Shown piece after piece: positions 11,938 through 23,411 of a DNA stretch of 64,000 nt (position 1 is its first letter; every line of letters starts with the position of its first letter). Position numbers and translations under genes: made by a program. The stretch lies in the NCBI GenBank assembly GCA_964234715.1, contig OZ174286.1; one strand, written 5' to 3'. Below the pieces are notes generated by a model. That model was not told the DNA's origin. It worked only from the letters and a program-made list of their open reading frames with translations, and did no database searches. Source of the stretch: Podarcis melisellensis. Lineage: Eukaryota.

Positions 11938-14900
11938 TGTGTGATGAAATAGAAGCAAGTAGGAGAAATACTGCATGCCAACAGCAATTGTATATATAAC
12001 AACTTGAATTTATAGAGGATAATTTTATCCCCTCTTGTTTTTTTAGTAGTTTTTAAAATCCTTGTACAGCATCTTGAGTGTGCTAATGTGTTCCATACAT
12101 GTTTCATTTTCTGCTACTACAACTTCCACCATTCAGGCTTGTAGGCACACATGAACTATTTCTAGCGAAACAGCTCTGAATACATTTGTAGGCATAATGA
12201 TTGAAATTCCTGCACGCCCACTAATGTTTCACAAGAGTAGGCCTTATGTTGTGCAGAGTGGAGGCTGGAAATCCAGTTTTGCCTAGCTGTGTTTTCATTG
12301 CAACATCAGTTGTGGGACAGGGTAGGGTGGAGGAGTTTCTGTGGTTTTCAAATATTCCATCTTACTTGCCAGATATTCCACCCCAAATCCTGTCTTTACT
12401 AATTAGTCTAACACCAGGTACACTCTGTGACACAAAATAGTGATTCTGTTTATATACTCCCAACTGGCTTCCTAATTGACTGAGCTTGCTGAGGTGTTCT
12501 AGGAAATGGTTTTGTGGACCCCTCAGACTGGGGAATGTCAGAAGAAACAACTTGGGGCTTAATGGCTACCTTGGAGCTCTCCCAGTGTATAGTTGGGCAG
12601 GCACATAGCAGGTGCCCCAGATTTGATACTCTCTGCTGATAGGATGTTGGTGATCTTATAGTTAGGAATATTTTGACTCCTTTTTTGTCATTAACAGGTA
12701 AACATCTGGTGAGGATTGGCGTTTCAGCACCTTAGTTATGTGTAAACAATGGCAGAGAGATTAAAATTTTCTGTTCCTGGTGGCTGATGGTTTTCAGAAA
12801 GCTCATTGGAAGTTTTCAGTTAACTAACAAACATGACTAACCTTTGGAACAGGGAATCAGTTCAAGTGATTGCCATTATTTGCTTGCTGGAGCTGATTCT
12901 TGAAGAGCTGAGACTAATGAGGCAGTTAGGATGATAGCACAAATGCTGTGGTGGAAAACTTGACAAGCAGAGCTTTTCATTGCTGTTAGAGATATCTCAT
13001 AACCAGGTTAGAAATGTGATCATGGGAGATCCTCAGTAATTTACTGTGGTTATTTGCAAGGCACTTAAGAGTTGCTGATATCCTTTCTATCCTGGGCAGT
13101 ACAATGTGTACATGTCTGCTATTCAACACATCCACCGCATCCATTAGTAGGCTTGTTTGGGTGGGTTGCAGTTTTGTCACCCAAGGATGTGTACAAGATT
13201 CTTGGAGTGCTTAGGCCTACCACCTGCTTGCCCTAATATAGCTCATTTTGGCTGATTAGACTTAGCTGATTAGACTTAGCTTAGCTTAGGGGTATTACTT
13301 AAAAAATGGTGCCATTCAATTAATGTCCCCCAAGGAAATGTGGGGATACTGCCCACATTTTTGTAAGAGAGGAAGATAAAACCTTAAGTGGATGAGGAAA
13401 CCTTTTCCTCAGTCCCTTAGACCAGAGTTTCCCAAACTTATTATTCCGCCCCCCTTTCAGTTAAAAAAAATACTCAGTGCCCCCCTGGAAACCTACCTTT
13501 TTAAAATAAACAAACAGAAAGATGTATCTATATTTCTTCCTATGTCCTAGACCTAGAACATAGTAAAAAAAGATGTTGTAAATAAGATATTGAAGCCTGA
13601 AATTATAAATAGGCAGGCAAGCTGCAATCCACTTCCCGGGCCTTGGTGAAGCTGAAAAGGGCTCAAAGCCGGGGAAAACTCGTCACCTCCAGCACATCCA
13701 CTAGATCCAGGGGAGGCATCGTTGCTGTCCTGCAACAGTGTTGCAGGACAGCAACAGATGAAACGTGACACTGAAGTGTAGTAGAAAATTTTCCGAACTG
13801 ATGCCTAGAATTGCTACTAGGCCGGATGGGGTGAATTAATTTACATGTAATCTTCACACTAGGAGATGTTGATGATGGATGGCCCAGTCTTGTAAATGTT
13901 TTGCCTGTTCTAAAGGGGGTCATACTACCCAGTAGGAGCAGTTTTGCAGATTGGATGGCTAGGTGGCATCTGTATCCAGGTCTACCTTTGTCACATGTGC
14001 CCTTTTTTTGGGAAATAATCTAGCCACTATTATATATGTTCTGTTAACTTCAAACTATTCTAATGTGCTGCACATGAAGCAGCCACTGCAGATTTTGAAA
14101 AGTTCTGAACTGGCTAAAAACATGGTAATTGGGGGATAGATACTAGGAACATATTTCATCAGTATTAAAATAATGTCACTTGTTGCTACTTACCATTTGA
14201 GTACTACTTTTTACCTTCAATGCCCTAAACATTTGGGAGCACTTTTCCCATACCATCCATGCCATAAACTTAGATTGTCTTTTGCTCTAGTGCCCCAGCC
14301 ATCAGAAGCTAGGTTTATGGGGCTCTCTCAATAGTGGTACCCTCCTTTTGAACTCTCCAAAGAGCAGTCTCTTTTGCTGCTGCCTTGTTGATCTGGGAGA
14401 CCAAAAGGTGGGATATAAACTTAGTACAAGTCTGAACGGCAATTGGGTTATGATGTGTCATTTCTTCAGTTTTCTATAAGTACTTCAGTTCCCAGAAATA
14501 GCTCTTCCTTAAAGTGTAAATGGCAACTGCCTTTTTGTAAATATTTCTTAAGAAAATAAAAGTTAAGACGCCTTCTTAGGATCAATCATCGTTGAGCATC
14601 TGGAATCAATTTACCACAGAACACATTCCTGGTAGCTCATTTGCAAGATAGCAATCAGCCCTTAACTTCAAAAAGCCTGTTTAAAAAGTTGTTGAGGAAG
14701 AAAAAACAAAATATGTTGTTTGAGGTTTATAAAGGAAAATTAAGACTCCATATAAAGATGATTTTGGATGCTATATAATATCTCCTGTGATGCTAAACAT
14801 TGGTATTAAATATTCAAAATGGTGAATGTTCAGGTTTATTCAGACAAGGGTATGTGTAGGGAGAAAAAAAAATACAAAAGCACCCAAGCTGGTATTTTGA

Positions 14901-15000
14901 GCAATATTTACATTCACAACAAGCAGAGGAAAATATATTTCAAACAGTGATGCTTGAAGATTCTTGTTTAAATAATTAATATATTTGAAAACACAACTAT

Positions 15001-15111
15001 TGCCTTCTCCAACCTGGTGCTGTCAACTAATCCCAGCCAGCATTGCCTGCGGGCAGATATAATGGGAGTTTTAGCTCAAAGTATCTGGAGGGCACCAGTT
15101 GGGGGAGGCTG
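15001..15111. mobile_element. Short palindromic MITE family (about 110-130 bp); other copies at about 15325-15452, 24079-24194, 27209-27333, 53570-53667, 60617-60730, 62988-63070
   Basis: Recurrent ccttc(c/t)ccaacctggtgc...gatgggagttgtagtcc...ggcaccaggttggggaaggctg self-complementary pattern. Confidence 0.65.
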
Positions 15112-16717
15112 TCCAAAACACAATATTGAAGCATGCCACTGTGCAACTTCCATTTAAGATAACTCTGCAAGACTTCAAATAAAATGTATAGCTTTTTTTA
15201 AGGGGCAATCAACTCTTGGACTAAGACAGGAACTTTTATGTTTTTGTTGCATACACTGCAACATGATTTGAAAATAAGAGAATATTTTAGTTTGTATTTT
15301 CCTTTATCTCATGACCCTCCTTAATGCAATCTTCCTTAACCTGATACCCTTGAGACCTTTTGAACTGCATCTCCTGTCATCCCTGACCATTGGCTATGCT
15401 GATGAGAGTTGTAGTCCAAACTATGTGGACAGCACCAGGTTGACAAAGGCTGCCTTGAGGTGAAACATCTAGAAGGCAGGAGTGGGAGGAAAATAATACA
15501 CCGGGAACCTGAAATATTTCAAAGTTTGGTAATTAAATTCTAGATGTTGTAAACCATATCCTGAAGGTTGGAGGGGCAGGATTTACAGCGTTTAAAACCA
15601 ACTACTTCCAGAAAAATTACGTTTTATACAACATCATGTTAAATCCAAAAGAATTGCCACCTCACTTAACCGGGCCTAGTTCTTTCTGTTGGATAGTTGG
15701 ACATAGGTGTCTGGCAGCTTCCTGGTATGTAACTGCATGGTTCCAAAAGTGGTAAGAAATATGGAGGATGCCAAACATCCTGGAACAGAGCTGTCTAAAC
15801 TGTGTGTCACAACACGTTAGTGTGTTGGCTGCAGTGTATAGGTGTGTTGTGCGAATGCTCTCCATCCTCCTCCTGGGGCTGAAAGGGGGTTAATTTAACC
15901 TCTGGTTTGGTAGTAAAACTGAATTACTGTGTCATGAAATAATGCATGTCTAAAAAGAGTGTCACCAACATGAAAAGTTTGGAAAGCTGTGTCCTAAAAT
16001 AAAGAGGGACTGTGGTAAGTTGCGGAGTGTGTGTGTGTGTGTGCGCGCGCAAAATGGTTGTTTGTGCTTTCCAGGATGTTTCGATTTCTGAAGCCATCCT
16101 TGGAAGGAATGCTCTCTCATTCTTTATTAACTCGTATCACTGAAAGGTAGCTGAAAATGAAGGGTGCTTATTCTCAGGCTTGTAGAGCAGCCATCAAAAA
16201 TGTGTCTATACACACATTCGTTGTCTGCATATATAGCGTTGTCTGCATATATTCAGCCTCAAGACTAGTGGGGCCTGAGAAAAAGGCATTATCTTAAGGA
16301 TGCATAGTCAAGGTATTGTATAATTATTGAGATTCACACCAAATTAGGTAGTGTTTGGAAGAAGTAAGTTCTTCCACAGTGACCAGAATTTGTATTCCTG
16401 TCCCTTACTTTGGCAGAATCTTCCATTATATACTCATGCTGCCAAAAGTTCGGTGTGTCCAGAAATAGCTGTTATGTTGCTCACCTCTGAGTCCACTTTC
16501 AGTCCACTTTCCAAGATTGCTATGATGCATTTTCCCTCATTTTTCCACTGCTTCTTCCTCATTTACATCTCCCTGCATGTTCATCAGAAGTAATTTCCCA
16601 TTAGTAATTTTTAAAGTACTTATTTTCCCCCTCCCAAACATCATCATTAGTAGTAATGTGATTCTGTAAGTGCTATAAGCCTGGCAAAAGCCTGTAATAT
16701 TTGAGTATATTTGTCTT

Positions 16718-16901
16718 ATTTATTATTAAATTCATATCCCACCTTCCTCCAGTGAGCTCAAGATTATATACAAGGCTCTCTTTTTTCCATTTTATCATCA
16801 CAACCCCTCTGTGAACTATGTTAGGTTGAGAGGCAGTGAGCTTCTTTTCTGAGTAAGGATTTTAACCCTGGGTTTCTGGGTCCTGGTCTAAGACTCTTAA
16901 C
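16718..16901 (-). mobile_element. Old MIR/CORE-like SINE
   Basis: ccattttatcatcacaacccctctgtga core motif; similar remnants at about 7051-7130 and 61080-61162. Confidence 0.5.
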
Positions 16902-17867
16902 AAATGCTATGAGAGTAATGTTTTACTTTAATGGTGTTTTGATTTAACAGTGTTAAGTAAGGAATATACAGTAGCTACATTTAATACTGAGAATTTTAAT
17001 CATGCAAATAGATATGAAGGGGTGTACAAATTTGTTGTGGCAGTTGCTGGTGTCACAAAGTCACTAAGTCAATATGCCCTCAGCCTGCCATGATTTAAAA
17101 TACACAATGTATGCCTACAGATAAAATAGCTTTTAATAAACATATCAAATATAGAATGATAGGAAGTAAAACCTGGTGCAACATAATAATAAAGGCAAAA
17201 CCTTCTTTGAAGGTTTATGGACATCAATAAAATATGCATATTGCTGAATGGAAAGTTATTGTAGGAAAACAATCCATGACTTATATAACATTTCTCAGAT
17301 ATGTTTTCTAATACTATCATTTCATTCATAAAATAAGCAATATGATTGAATGCACTCAGGAAGCCTTTAAAAAAATCAATATAATAGCTGTTAGAAAACG
17401 CTTTTTACAGGTAAGTGATCAGAGCAATAGCAGCAGAGAGATGTATTCTTCTTCATTGAAAACCACATCTATACATATATTCTTTTGTGTGTGTATTAAA
17501 ACAATTTTAACATGGAGTTCTTTTTCTCCAAACTCAAAAGCTGTCTTGTAGTTTATGAATACTGTAGAGGATGGTAAGTTATATTAGAATGTTCTCCACA
17601 GGTTCATTTATCACAAAAGGTAGTCTTTTGTGCAAAATTCTGATTGAAGGTCTGTATGTTCTATTGATTGGATGAAATCCAAGGTTATAGTGAGTCAATT
17701 GTTCAGTACCTCAGTGAAAACTTTGTAGATGCCTGCAGGAGGCTGATAGGTCAATAGTTCCTCAGGTTCCTTTTATTACAGTTTTTGTGTGTAGCAAAAT
17801 GAAAATAGTGTTATTCTACTACTAACACTTTTTTCTCTTTAATTATTTTTGTGACTGGCTTTCCTAG

Positions 17868-17951
17868 ATTCCATTCATAGCTGTGCAGTACGGAGGTATA
17901 CCTCAAGCTGCCTTACACTTTTGACCAGCTATTATTTTAGAAAAATACATG
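17868..17951 (+). pseudogene. MLLT10: Diverged or decaying orthologue of the small AF10 exon EISMQYRHDGACPTTTFSELLNAIHNG; 3' boundary uncertain
   Basis: TACTAAC at 17820-17826, long pyrimidine tract, ttcctag acceptor; in-phase translation DSIHSCAVRRYTSSCLTLLTSYYFRKIHG keeps R, C, T, S, I, H at the human spacing; no GT donor at the expected position. Confidence 0.5.
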
Positions 17952-18130
17952 GAAAGATATTTAGTCTTAAACATTATTCCTTAGTTCATTATGCAATCCA
18001 AGGTTGCACCCCAATGGCATTCAGAGAGCTAAAAGTCAACTATTTTAATTAGGCGCTAGTTAGTGTGTCCCTGAATATTGGTTCTGGCCTTTTGATTATG
18101 TATTTATAGCTAGTAGGGAAGAAGTGGCAA

Positions 18131-18800
18131 TTTAGAATTCTAGGGTAGAAAGGGACCTCAACAATTCATTTCATCTAATGTCATCCTGCTGATACAGGAA
18201 ACCCACTACTATAGCATCCCTGATAGGTTGCCATCAGCTTTCTGCTTAAAAACCTTCTAACAAAGAAGAATTCACAATTTTTCAGGCAATCTGTTCTACT
18301 GTTTAACAGCTGTATTTCTGTTGATTGAAACAATCATTCTTCCAAATGTTTGTCTAAATTCTTTCTCCTGAAATTTGAATCCATTGCTTAAGATCCCACC
18401 ATCTTGAGCAACAGAAAACAAAATGGTTGTTTCATCTGCATGACGCTGCTTAATAGTCTTATCTTCAGGTTAAACATGCACATCCTTCAACCTTGCCTCA
18501 TAAAATCTCCAGCCTCTCTCCATCTTTCTCATCCTTCTTTGAACACATTCCAGTTTGTCAGTGTTCTTTTAAACTGCAGTATCGAGAACTGGACACAGGA
18601 GAAGTATAAGCAAAGCAGAATAGAGTAGTACCTTTTTTGCAATCTGGACACTATACTTCTCTAGTTGCAACCTAGAATTCCATTTGCTATTTGTGCTATC
18701 ACATCATACTGCTGACTTATATGTAGCATGTGGTATACTAAAATCACTAGATCACTTCCACATGTAAGGTTATCAAACCCAGTGTCATCCAGGGAATCAA
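18131..18800 (-). mobile_element. Degraded CR1 LINE 3' fragment (boundaries approximate)
   Basis: The - strand encodes CVQFS..F K..DKLECVQRR, like the CR1 ORF2 motif YCVQFW...DKLERVQRR, plus a CR1-like tail near 18135. Confidence 0.7.
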
Positions 18801-19075
18801 CATCAGTAAGAGAAAAACATACTGAAATAAGGTTTCCTAAAGTCTTGGGTGCACATTTGGCTAGGTTAAGCTTTCCCTTTCCTCAGTATCATGAATACCA
18901 AGATGTTGTGGTCACTTACACTTTCTGCTGTTTCACCTCAGCAGCCCAACAAGTTCTTATGGTTGATGAATATCAGGTGCATGGTAGCTGGTCCCCGTAT
19001 TTCTTCTTTTACTTTGTGGAAGATAAACTTTTCAACAAGATAGGTCAGGAATTTCTTAGTTGGAATCTTCCATTA

Positions 19076-19299
19076 CAGTGGTACCTCGGGTTACATACGC
19101 TTCAGGTTACAGACTCCGCTAACCCAGAAATATTACCTTGGGTTAAGAACTTTGCTTCAGGATGAGAACAGACTGTGCTCTGGCGGCGTGGCGGCAGCAG
19201 GAGGCCCCATTAGCTAAAGTGGTGCTTCAGGTTAAGAACAGTTTCAGGTTAAGAATGGACCTCTGGAACGAATTAAGTACGTAATCAGAGGTACCACTG
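19076..19299. mobile_element. Tc1/mariner (pogo/Tigger-like) MITE
   Basis: TIR CAGTGGTACCTC...GAGGTACCACTG; TA target duplication on both sides. Confidence 0.9.
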
Positions 19300-19910
19300 T
19301 ACTACCATCTCTCCCCCCTTTGAGAATGTGGTAGGTAATCTGATCTAGGAAGGTGTCATCCTTGTTTTCTACCTAAGTTTTTGTACCAATCTTCCACAAT
19401 GATATTGGGTTGCATTGAATGTAGTGCTAAGAACAACAGTTCAACACTGCAAAGATTTCTCATTGTGCAATGGAACATTCTCCTCCTCTCCTTGCTGTCC
19501 AAGCAGCTTGACCAATTGCCGATACATTTTAGAATCTAAAAGCTAGACTTTTAAGCTTCTGACCAACCCGTTATAGGAAGAGTTAAGGCTAACCTATGTG
19601 GGTGATAATTATTACTCAATGTAGCAATTTATGACTGTTTAAATAATTGTCCTTTTAACCTTAAAATATTTTCCAGGTTATAGTTATAATCCTCAAGCCA
19701 AACAAACAAAAAACCCCCTACCCTACCTGCAAACAGTTGCAAATTTGTTTGTGCCACTTCACAATAGGATTGTTCTTGTTTCATATGCCTTTTAATGAAC
19801 TCCTTGTTTTTATATAAAATGCAGTAGAGGGCCTTCTTTAGATCCAACTAATGTAGTACTAATTTGGTTCATGAATCCAGAAAGACATTTGTACGTGTGC
19901 TTTCTTTCAG

Positions 19911-20089
19911 GCATTTATAGCAGCAATGATGTAGCAGTGTCCTTTCCAAACACAGTGTCTGGCTCAGGATCTAGCACTCCTGTTTCCAGTTCACATTTAC
20001 CTCAGCAGTCTTCTGGTCACGTACAGCAAGTGGGAACTTTGTCTCCGTCTTCTACGCCTTCTGTAACTACAACTGTTGCTACAACTCAG
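19911..20089 (+). CDS. MLLT10: MLLT10 exon (GIYSSNDVAVSFPN...TTVATTQ), 179 nt
   Basis: tttctttcag acceptor, CAG|gtaggt donor; matches AF10. Confidence 0.96.
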
Positions 20090-20905
20090 GTAGGTTGGGT
20101 TTTTTTATTGGTGAGATATTCTGCCACGACAAATGAGCCATATTGGCTATTTGTATTTCAGTTAACTAAATACAAATATTTGAACAATATAATATGTTAA
20201 GTCTTAAAATCCTTGGATATTTTATGTATAAAGGCAGGATAAAAATACTTTAATAACTAACCTTCTCATATTTGTGACTTCCCGTTAGCTTCTCTTCACT
20301 TGTTTCATAAAACTTCTGCAAATAGTATTCAGAGTGTCTGCGTACTGTGGTTTCAATATTAGCATTACGACAGATTTCCATCCCACCCCCCACCCCCCAT
20401 TGTGCCAGTGTTTGCCTTCCAAAGCTAATCCTTTCAATAAGTGCCTTATAAGATCTCCATTGAAAGTAGACATTATAATTGGGTTATAACTAAGGCTGCA
20501 ATCCAAACCCCCTTTATTCCTGGCTGGGGGTGGTAGTGGTTTGGATTGGGCAGAAGTGTTCCTCCATCTAGTCATGCTGGCTTTTGCCTGCGTGCTAAAG
20601 TCAGCATCACTTTGCCAGACTGGAACTGCTTGTTTTGTTTGCCAGGTGGGCAGAAATGTTGGTGGTGGGATCCCCACTAGCAGCAGCCAGTGGAAAGGCC
20701 CAGAATGTACCTGGGGAGCAGCTGAACTAGCCTGGGATCTGCTGGATATGCCTAAGCCAGCGCCACTGCCATCATGTGGCAGCATCGGACTCAGTTTAGG
20801 CCTGATCTCCCACACCTTCTGCCCTGGCCAGCAGGGTTGTCAATGTGGGTTGCTGCTTCTCTGCCAGAGTTTAGATTGCCCCCAAAGTCAGCATACACAA
20901 TGATG

Positions 20906-22244
20906 AAGGGGTTAATTAAAGAGAGTTCCCTTTAACAAAACACTTCTTCCAGGCTCCACAGGTGAAATAAATACAGGAACAAAAACCCTTCTACTAAAAT
21001 GTCTTTAGGACTGTAAATTGAGGGCTTAAAAGAAAAGTACTCTGCTTTGACTAAGAATAATCATTGGGGGGTGTAATATAAATACAAGAACAAATTTAAA
21101 AATAGATCAATATCACAAGTGACACACACACACAAAAAAACACACACCACAATTTAATGTATAAGCAAAAAGTTATCACTGCAATTTGCATTGTTTGGTT
21201 GTGGTTTTTCACCCCCTAGGCTCGCACACAAGCTTCTTCCCCTCTCTGATTTGAGCCCTTTTCTGCTGTTAAGGCTCCTTGTGTGGGAATGAATATTTGA
21301 GAAATGGGGGCATGTTTCCAAGCTCTGCCCCTTGAACATGTCAGCTCAATACATGAGGTTGAGGGTGATTGGCTGAAGCAAGAGTTCTAAACCACTCAGG
21401 AAGACTCCACAAGTATGGAGGTGCAATATTGGGGGCAGGGCTCCACAGCACAGTCCCACTGTATATTCAGTGGCACACGAAGAGACTGAACACCAAAGTC
21501 GTTCTTCTTTCTCCTTCACTTGTTGGTTTCAGAATTGGAAGCTCACTTCAAATCATGGAACCTGATCTTTCATACTTCCTCCTGGTTCCTGGCGTAGCTC
21601 TTCCTTGAACCTTCTTCCTCATTGGGATCTGCCTCAGGTGCCAAAATGTCTTGGGCCGCTCCTGTATTCAGTTGTGTTCAGAACATACTTTTTAGGAGAA
21701 AGAGCTAGCCTTGATTATTTATGATTCATTTTGGAGTTCAACCTCCAAATAATAACATAGTTCCTTGTGAAGGCAGAAATTTCATAACAAAGTTTCTCTT
21801 GCTAACTCCAGCTGAAAGGAGAACCTCAGCTAGTAGCACCAAAGCCTGCTTATCATCTCACTGTAAATTTTGCCAGAAGAATAAGAAAATGGGCAACATT
21901 ATGGTATTTCTGCTAGGTGAAAGACAACATGAGAAAAGGGGATGGAGCTTCACCTGCTTACCCTTTAGTACTTTACCCTTTTGGTACTGGATTGGATGAA
22001 ATGCTTACTATGTTCTAGCATAATTGCTGTCTTGGCAGTGCTTTTTGTGCCTAAAACATAAAAAGGCAGTCTTTTAAAAAGCTTGGGGCATTTAAAAAAC
22101 AACCACCATCCATTGTGAGGGAATATAAAAAGTTTTAAATTCAGCACCAAAGGGGTTAATTAAAGAGAGTCCCCTTTAACAAAACCCTTCTTCCAGGCCC
22201 CACAGGTGAAATAAATACAGGTACAAAAACCCTTCTACTAAAAT
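20906..22244 (+). repeat. 95-bp direct repeat pair (20906-21000 and 22150-22244)
   Basis: 4 mismatches in 95 nt by eye. Confidence 0.9.
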
Positions 22245-22960
22245 AGCTAGTTGCTGCAGTTGCTGTTAATACAGAGATCTGCAAGATTCTTCAAACAGTT
22301 ATGTGTAAGTAAAAAGGTGTTTCTTTTCCTCATTCAGTCTGGTTTCATTTTTATCCTTCTCTGCAATTGAGTTTTTTTTCTTATTTCTGTTGCAGTATAC
22401 AGATGCTTCCAATGATATGATTTCTGCCTTTGCAAGCATGTGTGTCATGGTTTCATAGGGCTGTTCCTTCTGGTAGTCATATATATAATGAAGAACATTG
22501 TTTGTTATTTATGTGCTAACAAACAGGCATAATCTTTGGAAAGGTATTCATAATTTTTTAGTCTGATTATTCCATATAAAAGGAGATGCAGCAGAGAGAG
22601 TAGATGCTAAATAGTTTGTAGGCTTGTTTAACAAATAGGTTATATAACACTAAGCCATATATTATTTTGTATTTGCTTATATTTATTGCTTCAGTTTGGC
22701 ATTTGTGCTGTACTTTACTGGTTATTGCTGTATCACTTTTTCACACAATCCCAAATGTGGATATTGCCAGTCATAATTACTTTTATGGGGGTCCCACCTG
22801 TCCTTCCTGATCTCTTACTATGATATCTGATGTGGTGTCCATACATTCAGTAACTGTTTGATAAGGTATTGATGTAAGTGTAAAAAATGGTTGGGATACA
22901 TTATTCTTTTTAATAAAAAAATCTGACTATTTTTGAATAGCACAATGATACCATTTAAAG

Positions 22961-23411
22961 CAATGGTTCTCAAACATTCATCCTTTGGGCCACACTTTCA
23001 GAATAAAAATTTGATTGTGCCACACCAAAAAATTTAATTGGTAAGAAATACATTGGAAAGCAGAAAGAAACTACTCTTAGCAGTACTTGATTTATAACAT
23101 AGGACACAGCTACTTTATAATATGATCATGGGGCATTCATAAAGTGTAAAATAATGCAGCTACATAAGAACATGAATCCTTCCCAAAACGTAATTATAAA
23201 CAATCCTCCTACCTTAACTTGATGAGAGGTGTGAACTTGCTTTCGTTGGCTAATCTCATTTATATTATCTTTAATTTGAGACAAACTATCATCTCATCAG
23301 CACGAATGAAATGTTTAAATGTTTCATTGATTGTCCTTGAATCTTCCTGCCACACTTGCCATTCTCTCCTGCCACATGAGTGTGGTGTGCCACACCTTTT
23401 GAGAACCACCA
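22961..23411. mobile_element. hAT/Charlie-like non-autonomous element
   Basis: Ends CAATGGTTCTCAAA...TTTGAGAACCACCA; TSD ATTTAAAG / ATTTAGAG. Confidence 0.75.

Noticed and set aside
13423-15990. Possible 2.5-kb hAT element between CAGAGTTTCCCAAACT and AGTTTGGAAAGCTG
   Set aside because: The terminal match is weak, with no 8-bp TSD and no recognisable transposase remnant.
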